From an uncultured Armatimonadia bacterium (GTDB lineage: Bacteria > Armatimonadota > Zipacnadia > CAVVLO01): 64,000 bases of DNA. Shown one piece after another: positions 1-12,011 of the stretch (positions are counted from its first letter, which is position 1; each line of letters starts with the position of its first letter). The DNA lies in the NCBI GenBank assembly GCA_963749155.1, contig CAVVLO010000001.1, positions 918,452 to 982,451 on the forward strand, given 5' to 3'. Made by a program: the position numbers and the translations under genes. The notes beneath the pieces were generated by a model. The model saw nothing but the letters and a program-made list of their open reading frames with translations. It was not told where the DNA came from and searched no databases.

Positions 1-164
1 TGGCAACAGGCCTGAAAGTCGGCTTTATGCAGACGCTGGAGCAGCAGTTCCAGGCGAAACCGGGCGAGCAGGATTTACGCAAGCTGATGAGCCTGGCGAG
101 AACCCAGGTGAAGACGATGGTCGCGGAGTATATCCAGTTGCTTGGCTGCGCGGGCAAGGCGTAG
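1..164 (+). CDS. 3' end of a class II fructose/tagatose-bisphosphate aldolase (partial)
   Basis: Manual translation ATGLKVGFMQTLEQQFQAKPGEQDLRKLMSLARTQVKTMVAEYIQLLGCAGKA* resembles class II aldolase C-termini; it precedes a ROK kinase. Confidence 0.6.
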   Translation, partial: ATGLKVGFMQTLEQQFQAKPGEQDLRKLMSLARTQVKTMVAEYIQLLGCAGKA

Positions 165-179
165 GAAACGGAGAGGCAG

Positions 180-1184
180 ATGGACAGCTTCAGGCTAAAT
201 ACTGAAGGCAAATATGCACTCGGGCTGGATCTCGGCGGCACCACAATGGCAGCCGCAGTCATCGACCAGTCAGGCGTCATCGTGGGACAGGTTGCCTCGG
301 ACGATACACCAGCCAGAAGCGGCGCGGAGGCTGTAGCTACGAAGCTGGTAAGTACACTGAGACGCGCTCTGGAGAGCAGCCAGATAGACCCAGCCGACCT
401 GATGGGGATCGGGATGGCGGTGCCTGGCCAGCTCAAATCCAGTGAAGGCCTTGTCATATTTAGTCCCAACTTTGACTGGCACCACGTGAACATAGCGCGC
501 CCAGTGGCCGAGGCTTTCGGCCTGCGGACTTTTATTTTTAACGATGTGAACACGGCCACACTCGGCGAGCTCTGGTTTGGCGCTGGCAGGGCCGTTGATA
601 ATATGGTGATGATCACCCTTGGCACGGGCATCGGTGGCGGGGTCGCGATGGAAGGCCGGGTGCTGGCCGGGCCTCGCGAAGCGATCGGCGAGATTGGCCA
701 TATCACCCTGGAGCCGGATGGTCCTCGTTGTGAGTGTGGCAACCACGGGTGTTTCGAGGCGCTGGCGGGCAGAGACGCCCTGGTTGATCGCGCCATACGG
801 AAATTGCAAAACGCCCGACCGAGTTTGCTTTTGGAACTTGTGAAGGGTGATCTCTCGGCGATTACACCCAAGGCCATTGCTGAAGCAGCCCAGGCGGGCG
901 ATGAAGTGGCGCTTGAGACGCTTCGCGAGACGGCAGTCTACATTGGCATCGCGCTTTGTACAGCAATCAACTTCGCCGATCCTGATTTAATTGTCATCGG
1001 CGGGGGCATCGCAAGCGCCGGTGACGTGCTTTTCGAACCCATACGGGCAACCATCAAGACGCGCGCGAGGATGATCCCTTATCCCCCAGAGCGCGTCGTG
1101 CCGGCCGAGCTGGGCAATCTGGCCGGCGTTTACGGCGGAGCGGTACTTGTCTTCCAGGCCAGCGGAGTTGCAAAACCTGCCTGA
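180..1184 (+). CDS. ROK family sugar kinase (glucokinase-like)
   Basis: GLDLGGT, NDVN, TLGTGIGGG, GEIGH and CECGNHGCFE motifs. Confidence 0.93.
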   Translation: MDSFRLNTEGKYALGLDLGGTTMAAAVIDQSGVIVGQVASDDTPARSGAEAVATKLVSTLRRALESSQIDPADLMGIGMAVPGQLKSSEGLVIFSPNFDWHHVNIARPVAEAFGLRTFIFNDVNTATLGELWFGAGRAVDNMVMITLGTGIGGGVAMEGRVLAGPREAIGEIGHITLEPDGPRCECGNHGCFEALAGRDALVDRAIRKLQNARPSLLLELVKGDLSAITPKAIAEAAQAGDEVALETLRETAVYIGIALCTAINFADPDLIVIGGGIASAGDVLFEPIRATIKTRARMIPYPPERVVPAELGNLAGVYGGAVLVFQASGVAKPA

Positions 1185-1231
1185 GTGGCAGAGCAACTCC
1201 TTCCAGGCGTTGGCCGGGCCCTGGAGTTAGT

Positions 1232-4200
1232 GTGCCCAAAGCAGCGCTAAAAAACAGGTTCCGCCAGGCCGCAGCCTTCGCTCGAATCGAGCAGGAGCTT
1301 CTGAAGGGCGGCCAGGCCTCAGTGACGGGACTCTCGGGAGGCGCCAGAAGTCTTCTTCTGGCCACCCTGATAGAGTCTCGGCAGGAGGGACTTGTCGTCT
1401 TCACAGATACCCTCGAAGCTGCCGCCGACCTGCGCACTGACCTGATTGCCTTACTCGAGGCCGATACCTCCGATGTGCTCGTGCTCGTGCCCGCGGGACG
1501 CAGTCTATACAAACATTCCTCAACCGAGCCCGGCGCTAGCGCCGATCGCGCCGAGGCGCTGGCAACCAGCCTGGCGACCCCTCGACGGACCCTTATTGTC
1601 CCTGGCAGGGCGCTGCTTGAAAAACTGCCTCCCCCCTCGCGCCTGTCGTCGGTGACCTGGACTTTACGCCCAGGTGATGAACTGGCGCGCGAGGCGCTGA
1701 CAGAGCGGCTCGAAGGAATGGGGTACCTGCGCGTTGATGCGGTTCACGAAGTGGGCGACTATTCGGTGCGCGGTTTTATCGTGGATGTTTATGTCCCAAG
1801 CCTCAATCATCCCCTTCGCATCGAGTATTTTGGTGATGAGCTGGAGTCTCTGCGCCTGTTCGATGTCACCTCACAGCGTTCGATAGGGCAACTGGAAGAA
1901 GCGCTTATCTGTCCGGCCGCGACCCTGACACTATTAGGTGCAGAACGCTTGCGTCTGGCGGCGGATATTAAACGACTGGCGCGCGAGCAGGCTGAGACAC
2001 TGCGCCAGCAAAATCGCCGGGCCGAGGCGGCCAGGCTTGGCGAGTGGGCCGAAGCCGAAGCCGACCTCATAGAAGCTGGGCGGATGCTCTCAGGGCTGGA
2101 GCGATATACTCCGCTCTTGTTCAGCCAGCCTGCAAGCGTACTGGACTATTGCACGAGCGCGGGCAAGCCTGTCTGCGTGATGGGCGAGGAACTTATCGCC
2201 GACGAGCTCCAAAGCTACTTTATTGATGCTAGTGCTGACTGGCAGGAGGCTTGCCTGCAGGGGCGCGCCCTCGGAGGTCTTACTTTCCAGTTGCAGGAAC
2301 CAGAGCAAGCCCTCGGGAAGCTGACCAGCCAGGCGAGGTTGTTCCTGCAGGGGGTAGTCGGGACAAGCCAGGATTCGGTAACCGGTTTTCGGCTAGGCAC
2401 CGCTGCAGCGCCCAGGTTCGCGGGCCAACTGGAGCTGTTCGCCCAGACAGTGACAGGCTGGCAGAAGGATGGCAAGACCGCTCTGGTGCTCACGCCCCAT
2501 CCTGAGAAGCTGCGCGCCCTGCTTGCCGACCGGGAACTCGACGTGACCCTGGCCAGCGAACAGGAGCAACTCCGGCCTGGGCGCCTGTATGTCGGCAGAC
2601 TCGATTTGGCTGAAGGGTTTTTCTGGGAGAAAGAAGGCCTTGCTGTCATCACGGAGTCAGACCTGCTGGGCGCGCGCCGGGCGCCCGGACGCGAGCGCCG
2701 GGTGCGCGATGTCCCGAAGGCAGCTTCGCTAGCCGAGCTTAAGCCAGGCGACTACATCGTCCATATCAGCCACGGTATCGGCCTTTACAAAGGCCTGGTG
2801 AAGCGTGAGACCGACAGCGGCACGCGAGATTATCTGGAGATCGAATACAGCGATGGCGGCAAGCTCTTCGTCTCCGCTCAGCAGATGGACCGCGTGCAAC
2901 GTTATGTAGGCGCGGGTTCGGAACCGCCCAAAGTGAATTCACTCGAGGATGTACGCTGGATAGCCACCAAGCGCAGGGCGCGCAAGCAGGCTCTGGAGAT
3001 AGCCGATGGCCTGGTGCGTCTATATGCCGAGCGCGAACGAGGCCGAAGGCTTTCCCTTTGCCGCCGATGATGCGATGCAACGCGAGCTCGAGGCGCGTTT
3101 CCCCTTTGTCGAGACAGATGGCCAGTTGAAAGCGGTCGATGGCGTCAAACGCGATATGCAGAAGCCTTCTCCAATGGACCGGCTGGTCTGCGGAGATGTC
3201 GGTTTCGGAAAAACCGAGGTCGCAGTGAGGGCGGCTTTCAAAGCGGTGCTCTCAAATAAGCAGGTTGCAATTCTGGTGCCGACCACCGTTCTGGCCGAGC
3301 AGCATTACAACACTTTTCGCGATCGGCTGGCAGGCTTCCCGGCGCGAGTCGAAGTTATGAGTCGGTTCCGTAGTCGCGCCCAGCAGCAGGCGGTCTTGCG
3401 CGGACTGAAGGCTGGCGCCGTAGATATCGTTATCGGCACTCACAGGCTGCTTTCCAAGGACATTGAGTTCAAGTCGCTGGGCTTGCTTATAATTGATGAG
3501 GAACATCGTTTTGGCGTGTTGCACAAAGAACGGCTGAAGGAACTTCAATCAGGGGTTGACGTGCTTACCTTGACGGCAACGCCAATTCCGCGCACGATGC
3601 AGCAGGCTTTATCGGGACTGGTAAACCTTTCGACTATCGCGGATGCGCCTGCGGGCAGGCTTTCGGTCGAGACTTTCGTCGAGTATGAGACTGACGAGGT
3701 CATAAAAGACGCTCTTCAGCAGGAACTGGACCGGGGCGGCCAGGTGTACCTGGTCACCAACACGGTGCGCAGCGCGCCTTTCCTGGCTGAGCGGATCCGC
3801 AAGCTGGCGCCCACCGCTCGAGTGGCTGTGGGGCACGGCCAACTGGCCGAGTCCGAGCTGGAAGAAGTAATGTTCGAATTCTACCAGGGCGAATATGATG
3901 TGCTCGTTTGTACTACAATTATCGAAAGCGGACTCGACATCCCCAATGCCAACACGCTGCTAGTCCATAATGCCGATCATTTTGGCCTGGCGCAGCTCTA
4001 CCAGCTTCGTGGCCGAGTGGGACGCTCTACCAGGCAGGCCAGAGCCTTTTTCCTGGTGACACAGCCCAAACAGCTTAAGCACACCGCGGCTCAGCGGCTC
4101 GAGGCCATCCAGGAACACACCCAGCTTGGCTCGGGATTGAACCTGGCGATGAGAGATTTGGAGATACGTGGAGCGGGTAATCTGCTCGGTCCGCAGCAAC

Positions 4201-4793
4201 ACGGTTTCATAAACTCTGTCGGTCTAGAGCTATATCTTGATATGATAAAGGAAGCCGTCGACCAGTTGCGCACTGGAAAGGCGACCGCGCCGGTAAAACG
4301 CGCCGTGCTCGAACTGGAGCTGGACGCGCTGATTCCGGAGGATTACGTGCAAGCACCGGCGCAGCGACTCGATCTGTATCGGCAGATTTCGGGTTCCGAA
4401 TCGGTGCATGATCTGCAAGAACTTGGCAAGGCTTTGCGCGACCGATATGGACCCCTGCCAGAGCAGGCAAAACGGTTGCTTGAAGTGGCCATATTTACGC
4501 TCAAGGCTGCCCTGGTTGGCATCGAGGCCGTCCGCCGCACGACGACGGGCGCTGTCTCAGAGCTGGCTCTCAGGGCTAATCTGAAGCCGAAAGTGGTCAA
4601 ACTGATGAATCAGATCTATATGGTGCGCTCGTCCGACCTCAGGGCAAGCGTCACTTTCCAGCCGCATAGAATCGAGGTAGCCACACTCCTTTCACAGGAG
4701 GGGCTGTTCCGAGTGCTGGTCGATATCGTAGGCGCGATGCAGCATGAGGACTTCAAGCGGCTTACAAGTGGAGGGAAGGCGCCACGTGCCTGA
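1232..4793 (+). CDS. mfd: Transcription-repair coupling factor (split by one frameshift near 3040)
   Basis: ORFs 1232-3070 and 3006-4793 join: RID domain ([14 protein letters not shown]), [32 protein letters not shown] motif. Confidence 0.95.
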
Positions 4794-6075
4794 AATCGTA
4801 GGACTTAGCTTTAACGAAGGGGGCAAGATCTATTTCTTCGACCCCCAGGGTGAGCAATATGCCGAGGGCGAGGCTGTACTGGCCGAGACCGCTCGCGGGC
4901 TGGAGCTTGGCTGGGTAACAAGTGCCAATGCCGAAGTGGACGAATCAACCATTGTCGCCCCTCTTAAGCCCATTGTGCGTAAAGCGGCTGAGGGCGATCT
5001 GAAGAAGAAAGAAGAACTGCAGCGCAAGGCGCGAGAGGCGCTCAAGACTTGCGAGCAGCATATCGCTCATCATAAGCTGCCGATGAAGCTGATAGAAGCC
5101 GAATACACCTTCGATGGGAAGCGTATCATCTTCCATTTTGCTTCTGAGGGACGGGTCGACTTCCGCGAGCTGGTGAAAGACCTGGCGCGCGAGTTCAAGA
5201 AGCGTATCGAACTCCACCAGGTCGGCGTGCGCGACGAAGCCAAGCTGTATGGCGGGCTTGGAGTCTGTGGGCGAGAGCTCTGCTGCAGCCGCTTCCTGCC
5301 CGATTTCTGTCCCGTCGCTATCAAGATGGCCAAAGCCCAGGAGCTGTCACTCAACCCGGCAAAAATTTCCGGTATGTGTGGCCGTCTGATGTGCTGCCTG
5401 CGCTACGAATATGAGCTTTACGAGGAAGGCCAGAAACGCCTGCCCAAGTATGGTGTGGTTATTGATACGCCCTTTGGCGAGGGACGGGTCATTGGGCGTG
5501 ACTTGCCGAGTCTTACCGTCACAGTAGATGTAGGCGAAAAGGGCAAGCAACGGATGACTATCGCCCAACTCGAGGGCTTGCCTTGCGAGGAATGCGAGGC
5601 CACCGAGGCCATGTGCAGCAAATGCCCCAGAAGGACCGACAGGCCCGGGGAGCCAAGCGAGCCGCAAGAAGAGCCTCGCCCGACCGAGGCACCCCCTGTT
5701 GGAGAGTTCGATCAGCCGGCGCCAAGGTCTCAAGGTGATGATCGTGAAGCACCTTCAAAGCCGGAAGGCCCCGAAGTCAGCCAGGGCAGAACCAGGCGTC
5801 CCAGGCCCCGCCCAGAGCAGGGAAAACCTGGCGGCCAGGGGCAGTCCAGGAGCGGTCAGCAAGGCCGGCCTTCGGGCAGGCCCAGACCAGAATCCCCCCC
5901 GAGCGCCAAACCTGACGCTCCCCAAAGCAGAGGGTCAGGCGAGGGGCAAAACAAACCGCCCTCTGAGGGCGATGCCCGCAGGCAATCCGCAAGACGCCGG
6001 GGAGGACGTGGCCGCAAGCCCGGTGGCGGCGGGGGAGGCCAATCGGGAGGCGCTCCAGGCCCATCGGCTGACTAG
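4786..6075 (+). CDS. ricT: PSP1-domain protein (RicT/YaaT family) with long disordered C-terminal tail
   Basis: RVDFRELVKDLA, GVCGRELCC, KISGMCGRLMCCLRYE; GTG start at 4786 after GGAGG. Confidence 0.88.
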   Translation: MPEIVGLSFNEGGKIYFFDPQGEQYAEGEAVLAETARGLELGWVTSANAEVDESTIVAPLKPIVRKAAEGDLKKKEELQRKAREALKTCEQHIAHHKLPMKLIEAEYTFDGKRIIFHFASEGRVDFRELVKDLAREFKKRIELHQVGVRDEAKLYGGLGVCGRELCCSRFLPDFCPVAIKMAKAQELSLNPAKISGMCGRLMCCLRYEYELYEEGQKRLPKYGVVIDTPFGEGRVIGRDLPSLTVTVDVGEKGKQRMTIAQLEGLPCEECEATEAMCSKCPRRTDRPGEPSEPQEEPRPTEAPPVGEFDQPAPRSQGDDREAPSKPEGPEVSQGRTRRPRPRPEQGKPGGQGQSRSGQQGRPSGRPRPESPPSAKPDAPQSRGSGEGQNKPPSEGDARRQSARRRGGRGRKPGGGGGGQSGGAPGPSAD

Positions 6076-6139
6076 CGGTCAAGCGGGACAACTTTTCGAG
6101 TCAGTTTTTTGATATGACCAGAGATTGGAGAGGGTGTTT

Positions 6140-8103
6140 AGTGCAGCAGTCCAGATACGTGACAACGCCTATCTATTATGTAAACGACAAGCCCCATATC
6201 GGGCATTCGTATACCACTATCGCCGCCGATGTGCTGGCGCGTTATTGGCGCTTCCGCGGCTACCCTACATATTTCCTGACTGGGACCGACGAACACGGCC
6301 TCAAAATCCAGGAGACCGCCGAGGCGCAGGGCGTCACCCCGCGCGAGTGGTGCGACCGGCTGGTCGTCCATTTCCAGGATATGTGGAAAGAGCTTCACAT
6401 CGAATACGATGGCTTCATCCGCACTACCGATACGGCGCATGAGGAGACCGTGCAGAAGCTCTTCACGCGGTATCTGGAGCAGGGCGATCTCTATCTGGGC
6501 AGCTACGAGGGCTGGTATTGCAAGTTCTGCGAAACGTATTTCACGCCTGCCGAGATAGCCGATGGCCTGTGCCCCAACGCCGAATGTCGGCGCGAAGTGC
6601 GCCAGGTGGCGGAGCCTGCTTATTTCTTCCGGACTTCCGAGTATGCTGACCGGCTGGTCGAGTACATCGAGGCGAATCCCGAGTTCATAATGCCTGAATC
6701 GCGTCGTAACGAGGTGCTGAGCTTCATCCGCGGCGGGCTGAGGGACAACTGTGTCTCGCGCGCTTCGGTTGCCTGGGGCGTCCCGGTGCCAAATGACCCC
6801 AGCCAGGTTGTCTATGTCTGGTTTGACGCGCTCATCAATTATCTCTCCGCCCTGGGCTATCCCGACGGAGAGCTGTGCCAGCAGTTCTGGCCAGCGACCG
6901 TGCAGCTTATGGCGAAGGACATCCTGACCCGCTTCCACGCGACACTCTGGCCGGCGATGCTGATGGCGGCTGACCTGCCTCTGCCGCGCACCTTGTTCGC
7001 ACACGGCTTCTGGACCGCCGAGGGCGAGAAGATGAGCAAGACGAAGGGCAACTTCGTCTCGCCAATTGATGTCGCTACCGAACTGGCTGACGCTACCGGC
7101 GCGGACCGAGACATCACCATAGACGCCATCAGGTATTTTGTGCTGCGCGAGGTTACTTTCGGCGCGGATGCAGACTTCTCGAAGACCCAACTGGAAGCCC
7201 GCTACAATGCTGAACTGTGCAACGACCTGGGCAATCTGCTCAACCGTACGGTCAGTATGACGACAAAGTTCTTGGGCGGGAAATTGCCTGGCCCTGAAGC
7301 CGTTGATGCCGAAATCCAGGCCGAACTCGCTCCTCTGCTCGAAGCCGTCGACCAGGCCTATGAAAAGGTAGACTTCAATGGGGCGCTCGAAGCCATAATG
7401 GGGTTCACAGGGCGCCTGAACAAATACATCGACACGCAGGAGCCCTGGCGTCTCAACCGGGAGGGCAGGCAGACGCGAACTGGAGCGCGCTCTCGGCACG
7501 ACTTTACGCGCCACGGCAATTGCGGCAGCGTTGATTTATCCCTTTATGCCCGTCGCCTCGCAGGAGATACTCCGTCAGCTTGACTGGGCCACCCCAATCC
7601 GCGAGTTGAGCTTTGAGCAACTGGGGCAGCTTGCGACCGCCCCCGTGGGGCAGACCGTTACTGAGGCAAAGCCTGTCTTCCCAAGGCTCGAGAAGGAAGG
7701 CAAAACTCCAAGACTTGAGAAGCCAAAGCCCGAAGCCAAACCAGCTCCTAAAGAGGCAGCTCCGGTAGCGCCAGTTGGGCTTATTACCATACAGGATTTC
7801 CAGCAGGTGCAACTGAGGACGGCAAAGGTCCTCTCGGCCGAGAGAGTCGAAGGCGCCGACAAGCTGCTGAAGCTTCAGATAGAGGTGGGCGAGCCTGAGC
7901 CGCGCCAACTGGTGGCGGGTATCGCCCAGCATTATGCTCCCGAGGCCCTGGTAGGTCGCACCATCATCATCGTCGCAAACCTCGAGCCAGCAACCATCCG
8001 CGGGGTTACCTCGCAGGGGATGCTGCTTGCCGCCTCAAGTGGCGATTCGGTGAAGCTTTTGATGGTGGATGGCGACTTGCCGCCGGGCAGCAAAATCAGG
8101 TAG
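6140..8103 (+). CDS. metG: Methionine--tRNA ligase with C-terminal tRNA-binding domain (frameshift near 7470-7500)
   Basis: YVTTPIYYVNDKPHIGH, KMSKT; the second ORF 7531-8103 holds the OB-fold (ADKLLKL...SQGMLLAA). Confidence 0.95.
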
Positions 8104-8109
8104 GCGAAT

Positions 8110-8754
8110 ATGGAAAAGCTGGAGAGCACTGGCAGAAGTCTCGGTTTCAGCCTCGCAGTGGCGGCCCTCGCGGTCGCGCTGGGGGCGATGCCTCTGGCCT
8201 GGTGCCTGGCTGAGCTGACCTCACCGGCCACCCTCAACGCTCTGCAGCAGTTCATAAACAACCAGCTTGCCGGAAGTATCGGCCCTGTCGACTGGAATCA
8301 GGTCGGCGAGATGGCCCGCCAGCTCGGTTTCGACCCTCGCACTATTGATTCGGCTTTGCGCGTGCTGGGCGGGGGAGGCGCGCTGCTGGATGCTGATGTG
8401 CAGCAAGCGGTCGCCCAGGCGCGTTCGGTGATGGTCGGGCTGTTCTGGGTGGTACTCGTAATAGCGGCTTTCGCCGCCTTCGCAAGTTTTGTCCTCGGAG
8501 GGCTTCAACGTGGATTTGGCGCACTGGGGGCTGCACTTGCGGTCGTGGGCGTGACCAGCCTCATCTCCTGGATTGCCTTCTCCAGCCTGGATACTGGTAA
8601 AGAACCTCTCGCTAACCAGATTGTGGGGAGCTTCGCGCATGTGACCGGGCTGTTTGCTTTCTTGCTGCTTGGCCTTTCGGCTTGCGGGCTGGCGGCCTAT
8701 TTCATCGTGAAGCCTTCAGCCAAAAGTGGTAAAGTGATGAAGGTGAAGGTCTAG
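8110..8754 (+). CDS. Hypothetical membrane protein
   Basis: Several hydrophobic segments; operonic spacing after metG. Confidence 0.6.
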   Translation: MEKLESTGRSLGFSLAVAALAVALGAMPLAWCLAELTSPATLNALQQFINNQLAGSIGPVDWNQVGEMARQLGFDPRTIDSALRVLGGGGALLDADVQQAVAQARSVMVGLFWVVLVIAAFAAFASFVLGGLQRGFGALGAALAVVGVTSLISWIAFSSLDTGKEPLANQIVGSFAHVTGLFAFLLLGLSACGLAAYFIVKPSAKSGKVMKVKV

Positions 8755-8755
8755 T

Positions 8756-9046
8756 ATGGGCGGTTCGAGCCTGCTGCGGATTCTCCAATATGGCCCCGAC
8801 CTGGTCAGGCTGCTCTTTGGCCTGATGCTTGACAAGCGTGTCTGGTGGGGCGCCAAACTCGTGATGTTGCTTGGGCTTGTCTATTTCATCGTCCCTACCG
8901 ATGTACTCATAGATTTCATTCCCTTCGCCGGGCTTGTGGATGACCTGTTCGTGTTTCTCATCGCCGCCTACTTGTTTACGATAATGGTGCCGCGCGATGT
9001 GATGGACGAGCATCTCTTCCGCCTGCGCGAACGCAATCGGCGATGA
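8756..9046 (+). CDS. YkvA/DUF1232 family membrane protein
   Basis: YFIVPTDVLIDFIPFAGLVDD motif. Confidence 0.85.
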   Translation: MGGSSLLRILQYGPDLVRLLFGLMLDKRVWWGAKLVMLLGLVYFIVPTDVLIDFIPFAGLVDDLFVFLIAAYLFTIMVPRDVMDEHLFRLRERNRR

Positions 9047-9094
9047 CTTGCGCAGGGGCCGGGCGGTTTGTTAGACTGACTGCAAACGTCCAGC

Positions 9095-9326
9095 CAAAGG
9101 CCAGGACCGGGGAAGAGTAAGCTCGAGCAGCGCGCCAGCGAGTCGGGGCAGGTGGAAGCCCGATGCGCCAGCCAGCCGAACGTCGCCCCGAGAGCCGCCC
9201 GGGGGAACCACCAGTACTTCGGGCCGTGTCGCGCGCGTTAAGCGTAAGAGATGGCTTCGCAAGGAGCCAAGAAGGGTGGTACCGCGAAGGCCTGGCCTCT
9301 CGCCCCTTTGGGCGGGAGGTTTTTTG
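9095..9326 (+). promoter_or_regulatory. T-box riboswitch (valS leader)
   Basis: GAAGAGTA stem I start, candidate Val specifier GTC at 9182-9184, T-box AAGGGTGGTACCGCG at 9272-9286, then terminator hairpin and U-run. Confidence 0.9.
9294..9326 (+). terminator. T-box attenuator terminator
   Basis: GGCCTCTCGCCC-CTTT-GGGCGGGAGG followed by TTTTTT. Confidence 0.8.
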
Positions 9327-9348
9327 TTTGCAGTTTGGAGGAGAGCCG

Positions 9349-12011
9349 ATGACCCAACCGCTAGACCTGGCCAAGTTCGACCAGCCGTATGATCCAGGCA
9401 CTACCGAGACCAGATGGTATGCCTACTGGATGGAACGCGGCTATTTTAGCCCCGATATGAATAGCGCCGCGCCGCGCTATTGCATCACCATCCCGCCGCC
9501 GAACGTCACAGGCTCGCTCCATATGGGGCACGCACTGTGTTATACGCTGCACGACATCCTCGTGCGCTACAAGAAGATGAAGGGCTTCAATGTGCTGTGC
9601 CTGCCTGGCACTGACCATGCCCGGCATCGGCACCCAGGCGAAGGTGGAAGACCAACTCGCCTCCGAAGGGCTGACACGCCACGATTTGGGCCGGGAGGCC
9701 TTCCTCGAGCGGATGTGGGCCTGGAAGGAGAAGTACGGCAATACCATACTCTCGCAGTTCCAGGCGATGGGGTATGCCTTCGACTGGTCGCGCACCCGGT
9801 TCACGATGGACGAGGGGTATACCGAGGCCATCCTCGAGGCCTTTGTGCGCTTCTACAACGACGGGCTCATTTATCGCGGGGCGCGCATCGTCAACTGGTG
9901 CCCGCGCTGCGGGACGGCGCTTTCCGACCTGGAAGTCGAACACGAAGACCATGCAAGCCATCTCTGGCATCTGCGCTACCCGCTGGCGGACGGCTCAGGC
10001 GAGGTGATCGTGGCGACTACCCGGCCTGAGACAATGCTTGGGGACACAGGCGTGGCGGTTCATCCCTCGGACAAACGCTACCAGGAGCTGGTGGGGAAGG
10101 ACGTCCTCCTGCCGCTTATGAACCGGCACATCCCCATCGTGGCCGATCACGTGGTGGACCCGGAATTTGGCACAGGCGCGGTCAAGGTGACCCCGGCGCA
10201 TGATCCCAACGACTGGGATATCTCCGAGCGCGCGGGGCTGCCCAAGCTGACTGTTATCGGCAAGGACGGCGTGATGACCGAAGAGGCCGGCGCTTATGCT
10301 GGCCTGGACCGGTTTGAGGCTCGAAGGCGCGTCGTGGCCGATTTGGAAGCCCAGGGCCTACTGCTGAAAATCGACGACTACGCCCATTCGGTAGGCCAGT
10401 GTTCGCGCTGCAAGACCGTTATCGAGCCTCTGCTGGCCGAGCAGTGGTTCGTCAAGATGAAGCCCCTGGCCGAGAAAGGCATCCAGCTTGTCAAAGAAGG
10501 CAAAGTGCGTTTCGTGCCCGACCGGTTTACCCGCTTCTACCTGGAGTGGATGGAGAACCTGCGCGACTGGTGTATCTCGCGGCAGATCTGGTGGGGCCAT
10601 CGCATCCCCATCTTCACCTGCCTGGACTGCGGCTATCAGTGGGCTGCCAAGGAAGTGCCCACAAATTGCCCCCAGTGCCCCTCCTCCAGTATCGAACAGG
10701 ACCCGGACGTACTGGATACCTGGTTCAGCAGCGCGCTATGGCCTTTCGCGACGCTGGGCTGGCCGCGCGACACCGCTGAGATGAAACTGTTCTACCCAAC
10801 TGACATCCTTATCACGGCGCGCGACATCCTGTACCTGTGGGTTGCACGGATGATGATGACCAGCGCCTGGTTTGAGGGCACTGAACCCTTCGCGGATGTC
10901 TATATCTACGCGACAGTGCTCAACCACGAGGGCCGGCGGATGAGCAAGTCGCTGGGAACAGGCGTTGATCCCCTCGACATCACCGAGCATTATGGCACCG
11001 ATGCCTTGCGGTTTGGACTTATCTCCCAGGCGGCCACAGGGCAGGACTTGCGTTTCGGCACGGAGCGCGTCGAGATGAGTCGCAACTTCTGCAACAAGCT
11101 CTGGAATGCTTCGCGCTTCATTCTGAGCAACCTGGCGGACGCGCCACTCGAGGCACTGCAGGAACCACTCAAACCGACCGAACTTATCGACCGCTGGCTG
11201 CTTTCGCGTTATGCGGCAACCATCGAGCAGGTAAGCCGGGGCATCGAGGAATATAACTTCAACGAGGCCGCTCTGACTTTGCGCACCTTTGTCTGGAACG
11301 AGCTTTGCGACTGGTACATCGAGCTGGCCAAGCCGCGTTTCCTGGGGGAGGACGAGGGGCAGAAGCGCACCGTGCAGGCCATCCTGTATCAGGTGCTGCG
11401 CGGCAGCATCGCACTGATGCACCCCTTCATGCCTTTCCTTACAGAAGAGCTTTATCAGAGCCTGCCAGGCCACGGCGAGAGCGTGATGCTGGAAGCCTGG
11501 CCGGAAGAGGGCGCTTCTTTCCGCGATGAAGGCGCAGAAGCTGCGATGGCCCAGCTTATGGACGTCGTAACAGCAGCCCGGAATCTGCGTGCTGAACTTG
11601 GCATCTCGCCTCAGCAACGCGTGCCCAAAGGCCTATGTCAGCGGCGATGAGGCAGAGTTGGCGCTACTTTCCGCCAATGACCTGATGCTGAGGGCGCTTG
11701 CCCGGATAGAAGAAGTCGCTTATGTGGCCGAGGCGGACAAACCCGCCAAGGCAATGTCGGCCCTCGCCGGCAAGCTTACCCTTTACGTGCCTCTTGAAGG
11801 CCTTGTGGACCTTGATCAGGAAGTAGCCCGGGTCGAGAAAGAACTTGCCGTGGTACTGGTCGAATTAAAGCGCGTGCAGGGCAAACTCGGCAACGAGCAG
11901 TTCATCGCTCGCGCCCCTGCCGACGTCGTGGAAAAGGAGCGTGCCAAGCTGGCGGAGTTCCAGGAGCAGCAATCGAAGTTCGAGGAGCGCCTTGCCCAGC
12001 TCAAGGGATGA
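9349..12011 (+). CDS. valS: Valine--tRNA ligase (frameshifts near 9620 and 11625)
   Basis: PPPNVTGSLHMGHA, ATTRPETMLGD, DWCISRQIWWGH, RMSKS and C-terminal coiled coil, spread over three ORFs. Confidence 0.95.

Noticed and set aside
6138..7514. Long antisense ORFs (also 10736-11617, 18952-19716, 53519-54694)
   Set aside because: Shadow frames of GC-rich genes with no recognisable domains.
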